Positions 23,559 to 37,025 of a stretch of DNA of 64,000 bases are shown one piece after another. Within the stretch, counting starts at the first letter, position 1. Each line of letters opens with the position of its first letter. The position numbers were made by a program, and so were the translations under genes. Where the stretch lies: assembly GCF_006345805.1 (NCBI RefSeq), contig NW_021833036.1, positions 95,095-159,094 of the forward strand. The letters are read 5' to 3'. A model generated the notes under the pieces. That model saw only the letters and a program-made list of their open reading frames with translations. It had not been told where the DNA came from and made no database searches. Source of the DNA: Octopus sinensis. Taxonomy: Eukaryota.

Positions 23559-23764
23559 GTTTCAAGTTTTGACACAAGGCCAGCAATTTCAGGAGAGGGG
23601 TAGGTCAATTACAGTGACCCAGGTACTCAACTGGTGCTTATTTCATTGATCCCAAAAGGATAAAAAGCAAAGACGAATTTAAAATCAGAATTCTGAATGC
23701 TAAGATACACAAAATACTGCCAAGCATTTTGCCTGCATGGTGAGGATTCTGCTAGCTTGCCACC

Positions 23765-23930
23765 ATAATAATAATAATAATGATAATGATGATGATGATG
23801 ATGATGATGACGATGATGATGACGATGATGATGACGATGATGATGATGATGATGACGGTGACGATGATGATGATGACGATGACAACGATGACGACGACGA
23901 TGATGATGATGACGATGATGATGATGATGG
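23765..23930. repeat. (GAT/GAC)n microsatellite
   Basis: Direct reading; (AAT)n also at 23468-23557. Confidence 0.95.
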
Positions 23931-25290
23931 TAAATCTTTCTAATTTTGGCACAAGGCCTGAACTATTGGATGAGAGAGGGCTTAGTTGATTACATTGACA
24001 TGCCTCACCCCCCCCCTACTCCCAGTCCTCGACTGGTATATATTTTATCCACCAGAAAAAACATAAAAGACAGAGTCACCCTTAGTGGGATTTGAACCCA
24101 GTACAACTAGAAGTGCTACTAAGCATTTTGTTTGGCATTTAACGTCCATTTTCCATGCTGGCATGGGTTGGATGGCATGACAGGAACCGATATCTGAGTA
24201 CTTTGTACGTGGCATCTTGGTTTTAGGATCTCAATTGTGGGCATGTTTTCTTCAGTATAGCAATGTCCCACATATCTTGGTTCCTCTCTCATCTTCATAA
24301 GGTCTAGTATTTTTAGATCAGCCTTCAGTACCTCATCCTATGTCTTCATGGCTCTCTCTTTTCCACAACATCCCTCCCCTTTAAGTGATCAGCACTTGAT
24401 AATAATAATATCCTTTCTGCTAAAGGCACAAGGCCTGAAATTTGGTGGGAGGAGGTAAGTCAATTACATCGAGCCCAGTGCGTAACTGGTACTTAATTTA
24501 TCGACCCCGAAAGCATGAAAGGCAGAGTCGACCTTGGCGGAATTTGAACTCAGAACATAGCAGCAGACGAAATACTGCTAAGCATTTTGCCTGGTATGCT
24601 AACGATTCTGCCAGCTCGCCACCTTAATAATAATAATAATAATAATAGTAATAATAATAATAATAATAATAATCTTTTCTACTCTACGTACAAGGCCCAA
24701 CATTTTTGGGGAGGGGCCAGTCGATTACATCGACCCAGAGCGTAACTGGTACTTAATTTATCGACCCTGAAAGCATGAAAGGCAAAGTCGACCTTGGCGG
24801 AATTTGAACTCAGAACGTAATGGCAGACGAAATACCTATTTCTTTACTACCCACAAGGGGCTAAACACAGAGGGGACAAACAAGGACAGACAAATGCATT
24901 AAGTCAATTATATCGACCCCAGTGCATAACTGGTACTTATTTAATCGACCCCGAAAGGATGAAAGACAAAGTCGACCTCGGCGGAATTTGAACTCAGAAC
25001 GTAGCGGCAGACGAAATACCTATTTCTTTACTACCCACAAGGGGCTAAACACAGAGGGGACAAACAAGGACAGACATGGGTATTAAGTCAATTATATCGA
25101 CCCCAGTGCATAACTAGTACTTATTTAATCGACCCCGAAAGGATGAAAGGCAAAGTCGACCTCGGCGGAATTTGAACTCAGAATGTAGCGGCAGACGAAA
25201 TACCACTAAGCATTACGCCCGGCATGCTAACGATTCTGCCAACTCGCCGCCTTGAAAAAATATCAGGTTCTAGTAATAATAATAATAATA

Positions 25291-25705
25291 GAGCATGTCC
25301 CTTAGTGGCTGACGATATGTGCATCTCTGATCACGAGCAGAAGTAGTGGGGGAGCATCATGGCCATGTGTTGGGGGGGATTCTTTGGGATTTGAATAATT
25401 TACCTCTGGAAACATGGGTGGTTCTTTCAACATCCTTAAACAACCCTTATTCAGGGACCTTTTGAGCGGGATGGGTTACTCGATCTGAAGAAAATTCTAA
25501 CTGGGCCCCACCTGCAAGGTCATGTGCTGTTTATCTTGATATGAGATCACCATGTCGCGCACATATGGTTGTGATGCATGTGCCTGGTGTACCCTTATCA
25601 GACGAGTAGTCATGATGGGTATATTGGGCTTCGTATATTTTACCCCAGTGTCACTTTGAAGGCATGCACTGCTCCCTCACTCAATAATAATAATAATAAT
25701 AATAA
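25291..25705 (+). mobile_element. Family F retroposon inserted in a (TAA)n run
   Basis: (TAA)n on both sides; the right run continues into a SINE C 3' end. Confidence 0.7.
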
Positions 25706-27029
25706 TAATCCTTTCTACTATAGGCATAATACCTGAAATTTTGAAGGGAGGGGTACATGATTACATGAACTCCAGTGCGTAACTGGTACTTTCTGAAAGG
25801 ATGAAAGACAAAGTCAACCTTGATGGAATATTAACTTGGAAAATAATGCTTAAAGAAATATGGCCAAACATTTTACAGAGTTTGGTAATAATTCTATTAC
25901 AGACAACAAGGCCTGGATTTGAAAGAGGTGATGGGAGTTATTAGTTAATTAGTTAATTAGTTAATTAAAATCTACTTTAGTATTTGACTTGCTCTTTATT
26001 TCATCAAATTCTAACCCCTAAAACCCCGTCTGTTCAGAGTCAACTTCATCTTTTTTTTTCGGGGTTGATACGATAAGGTACCAGTCAAGTACTGGGGGGG
26101 TCAGTTTAAAATTCCTAGGCAGCAGAAAATGACCCTCAAAATTTGTGAGGGAATCTTCTTGGACCACCAATTATGAATTTATTTTTTAATTACTTAATGT
26201 TAACTCAGTAAGACATTAAACTTTATGGGTCCATGGAAACTTTTGTAAGGACCGTGTTATGAGATATTACTCTTTTACTTGTTTCAGTCATTTGACTGCG
26301 GCCATGCTGGAGCACTGCCTTTAGTCGAGCAAATCGACCCCAGGACTTATTCTTTGTAAGCCTACTACTTATTCTAACAGTCTCTTTTGCCAAACTGCTA
26401 AGTTACGGGAACGTAAACACACCAGCATCGGTTGTCAAGCGATGTTGGAGGGACAAACACAGACACACACACACACACACATACATATATATATATACAT
26501 ATATACGACAGGCTTCTTTCAGTTTCCGTCTACCAAATCCATTCACAAGGCTTTGGTCGGCCCGAGGCTATAGTAGAAGACACTTGCCCAAGGTGCTACG
26601 CAGTGGGACTGAACTCGGAACCATGTGGTTGGTAAGCAAGCTACTTACCACACAGCCACTCCAGCACCTATATATATATTCATATATACGACTGGCTTCT
26701 TTCAGTTTCCGTCTACCAAATCCATTCACAAGGCTTTGGTCGGCCCAAGGCTATAGTAGAAGACACTTGCCCAAGGTTCCACACAGTGGGACTGAACCCG
26801 GAACCATGTGGTTGGCAAGCAAGCTACTTACCACACAGCCACTCCTATTTTTAAGACTAAGACAGACTTTACCTTTTATCTTTCAGGGGTCGAAAGTATA
26901 TCAGTGATATACTTTGGGATGCATTTACTATTTCTCTGAGACATCCTTAACACATAAAGCATGGCAGGCCATGATCATGACCGTCAGGCACAGGTTGACA
27001 GGCCACGATCACGGTCCAGATAGATAGAG

Positions 27030-27119
27030 AATACCAAACGAGTTCCCTAGGGATACCGTATTTATTACAAGCCACGAGTTGTAATAAATACAGTATCCAT
27101 AGGGAATGAGTTTGGTATT
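27030..27119. other. 41-bp imperfect palindrome (hairpin)
   Basis: Arms 27030-70 and 27079-119 are complementary at 36/41 positions; 8-nt loop. Confidence 0.85.
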
Positions 27120-29663
27120 TTATTTATTACACACGAATAAACGACCATATTTTTTTAACCCAATAACTAAATTCTTCACGTTTAGTTGTAACTTATGAAT
27201 GACAAAAGTAGTGCCTTTATGGGTCTTCCTCTGAAACACAACATAATACCAAAGCTCTTGGTCATAGCCTCAATGAGGCCCAGTACTCATATATATATAT
27301 ATATATATCATCATCATCATCATCATCGTTTAACATCTGCTTTCCATGCTGGCATGGGTTGGACGCTTCGACTGAGGTCTGGCAAACCAGATGGCTGCAT
27401 CAGACTCCAATCTTGATCTAGCAGAGTTTCTACAGCTGGATGTCCTTCCTAACGCCAACCACTTCAAGAGTGTCGTGGGTGCTTTTACGTGGCACCGGCA
27501 CGAGGGCCAGTCAGGCAGTACTGGCAATGGTCATACTCAAATGGTGCTTTTTATGTGCCACCTGCACAGGAGCCAGTCCAGGGGCACTGGCAACGACCTC
27601 GCTTGAATCTTTTACACATGCCACCGGTGCACAAATTTATACGTCGGTTTTAAATATTATACTTTGCGTTTTTTTATAGCTTGTTTTCATCATCATCATC
27701 ATCATCGTTTAACGTCCGCTTTCCATGCTAGCATGGGTTGGACGATTTGACTGCGGACTGGCGAACTAGATGGCTGCACCAGGCTCCAGTCTGATCTGGC
27801 AGAGTTTCTACGGCTGGGACGATTTGACTGAGGACTGACAAACCAGATGGCTGCATCAGGCTCCAATCTGATCTGGTAGAGTTTCTACAGCTGGATGCCC
27901 TTTCTAACGCCAACCACTCCGAGAGTGTAGCGGGTGCTTTTACATGCCACCGGCACGAGGGTCAGTCAGGCGGTGCTGGCAACGGTCATGGAAAATCGTG
28001 TTTTTTTTAAGGATATTTTAACTTTTTTTTTTTTTGTTCTTTATGTGTCCATGGTAGTCTCATTTTCATAAAATGTGCTCAGCAGTCCATGCTATGTAAG
28101 TTCAAATCCCAGGGCTTTATGGGTTAATGTCAATGGAATCATGATAGATGACTGAAATGAATGTTACCTTTCATCCAACTGGGTTGATGATATAACACCT
28201 GATGAATATTATGGATTGATTTAACTCGTTAGCATTTAAATTGGCCATATCCTGTGAAATGCATTTAATATTTCTCTAAAAAGAAGGATGGTGAGTTGAC
28301 AGACTCATTAGCATGTTGAGGCGGCGAGCTGGTAGAAACATCAACCCGACGGACGAAATGCTTAGCGGTATTTTGTCTGCCATTACGTTCTGAGTTCAAA
28401 TTCCGCTGAGGTCGACTTTGCCTTTCATCCTTTCGGGGTCGATTAAATAAGTACCAGTACCAGTTATGCACTGGGGTCGATATAATTGACTTAATGCATT
28501 TGTCTGTCCTTGTTTGTCCCCTCTATCTTTAGCCCCTTGTGGGTAATAAAGAAATAGGTATTTCGTCTGCCGCTGCATTATGAGTTCAAATTCCGCCGAG
28601 GTCGACTTTGCCTTTCATCCTTTCGGGGGTCAATTAAATAAGTACCAGTTACACACTGGGGTCGATATAATCAACTTAATCTGTTTGTCTGTCCTTGTTT
28701 GTCCCCTCTGTGTTTAGTCCCTTGTGGGTAATAAAGAAAAAAGACTCATTAGCATGTGCAAAATGTTTGGTGGCATTTCGTTGGTCTTCATGTTCTGAGC
28801 TCAAATTCCACTGAGGTCTTTATCTTTCATCCTTTTAGGGTTGCTAAAATAAGGACGAGTTGAACACTGGGGCTGATGAATTTGACTTAGCCTTGTACCA
28901 AAGTTTGAAACCAATCATCATCATCGTTTAGTGTCCGCTTTCCATGCTAGCATGGGTTGGACGGTGCAACTGGGGTCTGGGAAGCCAGACGACTGCGCTA
29001 GGCCCAGTCTGATTTGGCAGTGTTTCTACGGCTGGATGCCCTTCCTAACGCCAACCACTCCGGGAGTGTAGTGGGTGCTTTTTACGTGCCACCTGCACAG
29101 GTGCCAGACGAGGCTGGCAAATAGCCCCGATCGAATGGTGCTTTTTACGTGCCACCAGCACGGGGGCCAGACGAGGCTGGCAATGGACACAATCGGATGG
29201 TGCATTTTACGTGCCACCAGCACGGGGGCCAGACAAGGCTGGCAATGGCCACAATCAGATGATGCTTTTTACGTGCCACCAGCACGGGGGCCAGACGAGG
29301 CTGGCAATGGCCACAATCGTATGGTGCATTTTACGTGCCACCGGCACGAGGCCAGTCAGGGCAGCGCTGGCAATGGCCACGTTCGGATGGTTCTCTTATG
29401 TGCCACCGGCACTGGTATCACAGCTACAATTTCCATTGATGTTGATCGATTTTGATTTTCATTTTCATTTTCACTTGCCTCAACAGGTCTTCACAAGTAG
29501 GGTTTGTGTCACAAGAAGGAAAGGTATGCATAAGTGGGCTGGCTACGTCCCAGGTAGAAGCCAATATTCTTCTTAAAGGCGGTGAGCTGGCAGAATCGTT
29601 AGCATGCCAGGAAAAATGCTTAGCAACATTTTTACCATTCAAATCACAAAAATAATAATAATA

Positions 29664-30014
29664 CCCAGCTGACAACAAGGTATATGATAAGGAAGAAAGA
29701 AAAGTTGATAGATATGACAGGTTAGCTTGGGAAGTTAAGCAGTTGTGGTCGATGAAAAAGGTGGTAGTAGTACCAATAATTATCAGAGCCCTGGGAACTG
29801 TTAATAAAAATCTTGAGAAGTATATGGAACAAATAGGGGCTGCAGTAAGGGTGGTGCCCTTGCAGAAAACAGCATTGCTTGGAACCACTTGAATACTCCT
29901 GATGGTGCTTGAAAAATAAGGGGTTACTTTAGTTCACTGGTAGTGAACAGCTGACACCGTAGTACATCTCCAGCGTTAGAAGCTGTGCAAAGGCAATAAA
30001 ATAATAATAATAAT
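29664..30014 (+). mobile_element. 5'-truncated R4/Dong-type non-LTR retrotransposon (restriction-like endonuclease C-terminus)
   Basis: PADNKVYDKEERKVDRYDRLAWEVKQLWSMKKVVVVPIIIRALGTV...LQKTALLGT; flanked by TAA repeats and ending in a (TAA)n tail. Confidence 0.8.
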
Positions 30015-30876
30015 CCTTTCTACTGTAGGCACTAGGCCTGAAAATTTGGGGGAGGGGGCAAGTTAATACATCAACCCCAGTGCGTAACTGGTACTTATTT
30101 CATCAGTCCTGTAAGGATGAAAGGTAAAGTTGACCTTGGCAGAATTTGAGCTCGACATAAAATTTTTTTTTTTTTTATTATTTTGCTACAAGGGCCCATT
30201 TATACAAAGGAAGACACGTCACAAAAAGGGGTTACCAAAATATGCGGGTTTCTACACAGAATAGTTATGTAAAATAAAAGGGGGAATAAAACAAAGACAT
30301 TTTGTTATATACCGGGACATAGCTTTTATTTTATACTTGTTTCAGTCATTGGACTGTGGTCATACTGGGGCACCATCTTGAAGGGTTCTAGTTGAACAGC
30401 TTGGCCTTTGTACTTACTTTATTGGTGTCTTTCTGCTGAATCACTAAATTACAGGGACATAAACAAACCAATACCGGTTGTCAAGCAGTGGTGAGGAAAA
30501 ACGCAGACATAAAGACACAGACATTGAGATATATATGTGTGTGTGTGAGTGTATATGTGTGTGGTTTAATGTTGGGTGAATGAGAATAGAGTGCTCAATA
30601 CCTGTAAAATATATAGATTTTTAATTAAAACTAAAACAGAGTTTGTTTCATGATTTGAGTTTCACATCACTGCAATTGCCCACTGATCACAGTGGCATGA
30701 AATTTATTGCACAAACTATATATATATGTAATAATAATAATAATAATAATAATATGAGGGAATATTATTTCAAACTTACAGGGAAAAATTCAATTTAGAA
30801 ATACTAAATCAAATTTCACAAAATATAATATATATATATATATATAAATTAGAAAATATGTTATGTATGTATTATA

Positions 30877-30917
<41 letters not shown>

Positions 30918-31233
30918 TACAAACTATATATATATATACATACATACAAACTATATATATATATATATACATACAAACACACACACACATACATGCATGT
31001 GTCTGCATATATATATATATTTATAGATACATACGCACATCCATATGTATGTGTGTGTGTGTATATATATATAGTACAAGTAAGAAAATGAAGAAACAAT
31101 TTAGTTTGTTCATCAAATTTCGGATATTAAAATGTTGGATTATTTATTAATTTAACAAAATGAGAACCTTATAATTCAATACATATAAGATAAGAATACA
31201 AATTTTGTATACATATATATATATATATATATA

Positions 31234-34026
31234 TAGGGTGCAGTGAATAAATTGTTCAAATTACGCAAAACACTGACATCTCATTTTAACAGATACATTT
31301 ACCAAAATTACATAAAAATATCTTGAAATACTAAAGACTCTCTTTTACTCTTTTACTTGTTTCAGTCATTTGACTGTGGCCATGCTGGAGCACCACCTTT
31401 AGTCGAGCAACTCGACCCCGGGACTTATTCTTTGTAAGCCCAGTACTTATTCTATCGGTCTCTCTTGCTGAACCGCTAAGTGACAGGGACGTAAACACAC
31501 CAGCATCGCTTGTCAAGCAATGCTAGGGGGACAAACACAGACACACAAACTCACACATACATATTATATATTATATATATATATACGACAGGCTTCTTTC
31601 AGTTTCTGTCTACCAAATCCACTCACAAGGCATTGGTCGGCCCGGGGCTATAGCAGAAGACACTTGCCCAAGGTGCCACGCAGTGGGATTGAACCCGGAA
31701 CCATGTGGTTGGTTAGCAAGCTACTTACCACACAGCCACTCCTGCACCTAAACAGTAAATTTATTCAATAAAATCGCCATTGTCTTCAATCACAGACTCC
31801 AGACAACTTTGGGATCTCCTGCAACTCTTCTGGATGGTCTCCTTGTTTAAGTTGGTGAATGGTGCCATAATCCTTGCCTTCAGTTCATCTTTGGTGTTAC
31901 AAGGAGTTTTGTTGATCCCTTACTCAACTGTGCCTTACATATATTAATCAAAGGGGTTGCAGTCTAGGGCGTTAGGTGGCCAGATGTTAGGAGTGATGTG
32001 GTGGCAGAAATTGTCTCACAGCCATGACTAGGTTCTCCTGCTTGTGTGGCATGGTGCAGAGGCCTGTTGCCAGACATAGGGTCTTCCAGCCGCTACCCTC
32101 TTGACCCAGGGCAGCACTACCTCCAGGCACTTGATGTAGGCCTCCGTGTTGAGCCTGAGGCCATGTGGGAAGATGAATAGAGGCATAATGTTGCCATCAC
32201 TAGTGATTACTCCAAACACCATGATGCTGGATTTTCATCACTCTCGGTACCTTACTTTTGTAAGTACTTCATCAATCTTAAAATAGTACCAAATCATACC
32301 AAAAGAACAATATAAACGGCCATCACGTGGCTTTTGTTGTTAGAGTTAAGCGATCTTGGAGCTAATTTACACAAGTAGGTGCAGACATGGCAGTGTGGTA
32401 AGAAGTTTGTTTCCCAACCACATGGTTCCAGGTTCAGTCCCCCTGTGTGGCACCTTGAGTAAGTGTCTCCTACTATAGGCTCATACTGAAAGAAGTCTGA
32501 GGTGTGTGTGTGTGTCCATGTTCATCACCCACCAGTGCTTGACAAGCAGTGGTGGGTGACAAACATGAATGCAGCGGAGGATGTGTTTACATCCCTGTAA
32601 CTTAACAGTAAGGTGGAGAGCTGGCAGTATTGTTAGCACGCCGGACGAAATGCTTAGAGGCATTTCGTCTGTCTTTACGTTCTGAGTTCAAATTCCGCCG
32701 AGGTCAACTTTGCCTTTCATCCTTTCGGGGTTGATGAATTAAGTACCAGTTACGCACTGGTACTTTATCGGTTCTGTGTGTTCACCATTTGATCCTGGCA
32801 GAAATTTTTCTTGTCTGAAAAAAACCCAAAGCATGTTCAGTTGAAGGGCATGCTCCAGTTTGTTCAAAAGCTTTGTAGCGTGGTCTTTCCTCTTGTCCTT
32901 GATGGCTTGAGCTAAAAAATTGGCCCTTTCTCATCTTGTATGTGTGGGAGGGGACTAGTTGATTACATTGACCCCAGTGTTTCACTGGTGCTTAATTTAT
33001 CGACCCACCCCGAAAGGATGAAAGGCAAAGTCGACCTCGGTGGAATTTGAACTCAGAACGTAGCAGCAGATGAAATACCTATTTCTTTACTATCCGCAAG
33101 GGGCCAAACACAGAAGGGACAAACGGATTAAGTCAATTGTATTGACCCCAGTGCATAACTGGTATTCATTTAATCGACTCCGAAAGATGAAAGGCAAAGT
33201 CGACCTTGGCAGAATTTGAACTCAAAATGTAGCGGCAGACGAAATACCTATTTCTTTACTATCCACAAGGGGCTAAACACAGAAGGGACAAACAAGGACA
33301 GACAAACGGATTAAGTCAATTATATCGACCCCAGTGCGTAACTGGTATTTATTTAATTGACTCCGAAAGGATGAAAGGCAAAGTCGACCTTGGCAGAATT
33401 TGAACTCAGAACGTAGCAGCAGATGAAATACCTATTTCTTTACTACCCACAAGGGGCTAAACACAGAGGACAAACAAGGACAGACAAACGTATTAAGTCA
33501 ATTATATTGACCCCAGTGCATAACTGGTATTTATTTAATCGACTCCGAAAGGATGAAAGGCAAAGTCGACCTTGGCAGATTTGAACTCAACGTTAAGTTG
33601 GATGAAATGCTACCAAGAAACTCAGACACTCCCATGCCCCCGGGGATGGACCTGATTGATTTGGAGGGATCGTTGTCAATCATTCAGGAGTTCTTTTCTT
33701 ATCAGAACGATCAGATTGAGGTTTCCAAGCTGCCGTACCTTCGTAATCACCATTGGACTCATCCGACTCTTTCCGAATCCTCTGCACTGACCCCAGATTG
33801 ACATCCAAACATTCTGAAATGTTCGTATTTGAGCTTCTGGCGTGAATGCCAAGCAGTACAGCATGTTATTTCCAAATTCCTGGCGGAGTGAATTGCGTCA
33901 GGGTTCTCTCAGATGGTGCCCAACTGACCCTACTATACTGTGTAGTCTGCAAAATCAAAAACAAACAATGCACATGCATGAAATTAAAAATATAAAATGA
34001 CAACAATTTACCCATTGCAACCTGTA
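31234..34026 (-). mobile_element. Full-length decayed DD37D (maT-type) Tc1/mariner transposon, interrupted by SINE B and SINE C insertions
   Basis: TA-flanked imperfect TIRs (AGGGTGCAGTGAATAAATTGTT / CAGGTTGCAATGGGTAAATTGTT); transposase pieces HAVLLGIHAR..(33880-33640), YKMRKGQF..FSDEKNFCQD (32945-32780) and VMVFGVITSDG..QQASAP..WPPN..DCNPFD (32225-31770). Spacing from the second acidic position (D>A here) to the third D counts about 37. Confidence 0.85.
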
Positions 34027-34486
34027 TATATACTCTTTTACTCTTTACTCTTTTACATGTTTCAGTCATTTGACTGCGGCCATGCTGGAGCACCGCCTTT
34101 AGTCGAGCAACTCGACCCCGGGACTTATTCTTTGTAAGCCCAGTACTTATTCTATCGGTCTCTTTTGCCGAACCGCTAAGTGACGGGGACGTAAACACAC
34201 CAGCATCAGTTGTCAAGCAATGCTAAGGGGACAAAAACAGACACACAAACACATACACATACATATATATACATATATACGACAGGCTTCTTTCAGTTTC
34301 CGTCTACCAAATCCACTCACAAGGCATTGGTCAGCCCGGGGCTATAGCAGAAGACACTTGCCCAAGATGCCACGCAGTAGGACTGAACCCGGAACCATGT
34401 GGTTGGTTAGCAAGCTACTTACCACACAGCCACTCCTGCGCCTATATATATATAAGTAAATGGAGTTTAACACAGGTTAAATACTT

Positions 34487-34581
34487 TTAATTTCCAACAT
34501 ATGTTTCGAAGGTATCATTGATATTATTCCAAAGGACTAAAATGGTGTAAAACAATGTAACCTTCTCTTCAGACATTTTAA
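34487..34581 (-). ncRNA. Hammerhead motif with long helix II
   Basis: CUGAAGA-GAAGGU..CAUUG...CAAUG..ACCUUC-GAAA-CAUAUGU-U; helix I is poorly paired. Confidence 0.5.
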
Positions 34582-34793
34582 CAGAAAATGATGGAAATGT
34601 ATAGTGATTTACTGAACGTAAACCTGAAGTTTCTACCTTTAAAAACAAGGAGTTACAACCTCTTTACTTGTGGGATTATTTGCTACCCTGGTAACTATTT
34701 ATCTATTTTTTCCGTGTTAATTGTTAATAAGGGAAAAATACATCTATTTACATATATACACACACATATACATACATACATACATATATATTT

Positions 34794-35346
34794 GGAAGCA
34801 CTCCGTCGGTTATGACAACGAGGGTTCCGGTTGATCCGAATCAACGTAACAGCCTGCTCATGAAATTAACGTGTAAGTGGCTGAGTACTCCACAGACACG
34901 TGCACCCTTAACGTAGTTCTCGGGGATATTCAGCGTGACACAGAGAGTGACAAGGCCGGCCCCTTTGAAATACAGGTACAACAGAAACAGGAAGTAAGAG
35001 TGAGAGAAGTTGTGGTGAAGAGTACACAGCAGGGATCACCACCATCCCCTGCCGGAAGCCTCGTGGAGCTTTTAGGTGTTTTCGCTCAATAAACACTCAC
35101 AACGCCCGGTCTGGGAATCGAAACCGCGATCCTATGACCGCGAGTCCGCTGCCCTAACCACTGGGCCATTGCGCCTCCACTGGTGAAAGAGTACAGCAGG
35201 GATCACCACCATCCCCTGCCGGAGCCCCGTGGAGCTTTTAGGTGTTTTCGCTCAATAAACACTCACAACGCCCGGTCTGGGAATCGAAACCGCGATCCTA
35301 TGACCGCGAGTCTGCTGCCCTAACCACTGGGCCATTGCGCCTCCAC
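34794..35346 (-). mobile_element. SINE A dimer (5' partial plus full) within one 13-bp TSD
   Basis: TACATATATATTT at 34781-93 and 35347-59. Confidence 0.85.
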
Positions 35347-36311
35347 TACATATATATTTATATATGTATGCACAGACACACATATATGATGGCTTCCACA
35401 CTGTTTCCTTCTACCAAGTTCCCTCACAAGGCATGAAGGCGTTGGTCGGCCTGGGAGCAAGAGTAGAAGTCACAAGGGGCTGTGCAGTGTGATTTGAACG
35501 TGAAGCCTTTTGAGTGCAAAGCAAGTTCCCTACACAAATAATTTAATGAAGACACCAATACACTATTGTAAATAATAATTTCTAAAAAAACCTATAAATA
35601 AAACAGAAATAACAATCAAGGGTAAATTTTTACACACACACACACACACATGCATATGCGCATATGGGAAGCCAGCATCCGGGTTTGTAATCAGAGCCCA
35701 CTACAAGATCCTGACCAAGTTGCTTCAGAAGTACCGTAAATCCTCGAGTATAATCCGCATTTTTCCCCAAAATTTAAAGGTCAAAATCCTTAGTGCGTAC
35801 TATATACAAGGTTAAAAATGAAAATTATCTCTAAGCTTTCAGACATCGAAAGATTTGGAAGAAAATGCTTGGCTGGAATTTTATTTTATTGGCTTAGAAG
35901 TAGGAATTGAACTTGGAACATAAGGATCTGCAAAAAAATACTGACCAGAAGACATTTTGCCTAATGTTCCTAACAAATCTGTCTTGGTCTGCAGACACGG
36001 AAAGACCAAAAGTGCTCTGACCTTTCAGATTAATCTATCAAATGTAATGCTTATTTATTCAGCAGTGTTTTGAATTAATCATGCATTATCTCATAGCTTT
36101 GAGATTTCAATGATGTAATTGCTAATTTTCAGAATGACATTCCAGGGTAGGTGTGAGAGGTCGGATCTGGTCAATTTAAACATAGAACTGCTAGAATATT
36201 TGGCTGGTTTAACCGTTCAGATTATTCTGTCCATTTTAACTGGCACTCCGTTGCTAACGACGACGAAGGTTCCTGTTGATCCGATCAATGGAACAGCTTG
36301 CTCGTAAGATT

Positions 36312-36696
36312 GGAAGCACTCCATCGGTTACGACGACGAGGGTTCCGGTTGATCCGAATCAACGGAACAGCCTGCTCGTGAAATTAACGTGTAAGTGGCT
36401 GAGCACTCCACAGACACGTGTACCCTTAACGTAGTTCTCGGGGATATTCAGCGTGACACAGAGAGTGAAAAGGCCGGCCCTTTGAAATACAGGTACAACA
36501 GAAACAGGAAGTAAGAGTGAGAGAAAGTTGTAGTGAAAGAGTACAGCAGGGATCACCACCATCCCCTACCGGAGCCTTGTGGAGCTTTTAGGTGTTTTCG
36601 CTCAATAAACACTCACAATGCCCGGTCTGGGAATCGAAACCGCGATCCTATGACCACGAGTCCACTGCCCTAACCACTGGGCCATTGCGCCTCCAC
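36312..36696 (-). mobile_element. SINE A inserted into an older related SINE
   Basis: TSD TGCTCGTAAGATT at 36299-311 and 36697-709. Confidence 0.88.
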
Positions 36697-37025
36697 TGCT
36701 CGTAAGATTAACATACAAGTGGCTGAGTACTCCACAGACACATGTACCTACCCCTTCACATACTTCTGAGGGAGATTCAGAGTGTGAGAAGGCTGGCCCC
36801 TTTGGAATACAGGTACAACTCATTTTTGCCAGCTGAGTCGGCTGGAGCAAAGAGAAATAAAGTATCTTGCTCAAGGACACAGTGCACCACTGGGAACGGA
36901 ACTCACAGCCCTATGATCACAAGCCTAATACCCTAACCACTAACCCACGCGCCTTCAAATCTATCCACGTTAATGCCTATTTATTTAGCATTGTTTCGAA
37001 TTAACCATGCATTATCTTGTAGTTT

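Noticed and set aside
35880-35935. Strong minus-strand acceptor (tttttttgcag) as a further exon
   Set aside because: All three frames stop within about 16 codons and there is no independent support.
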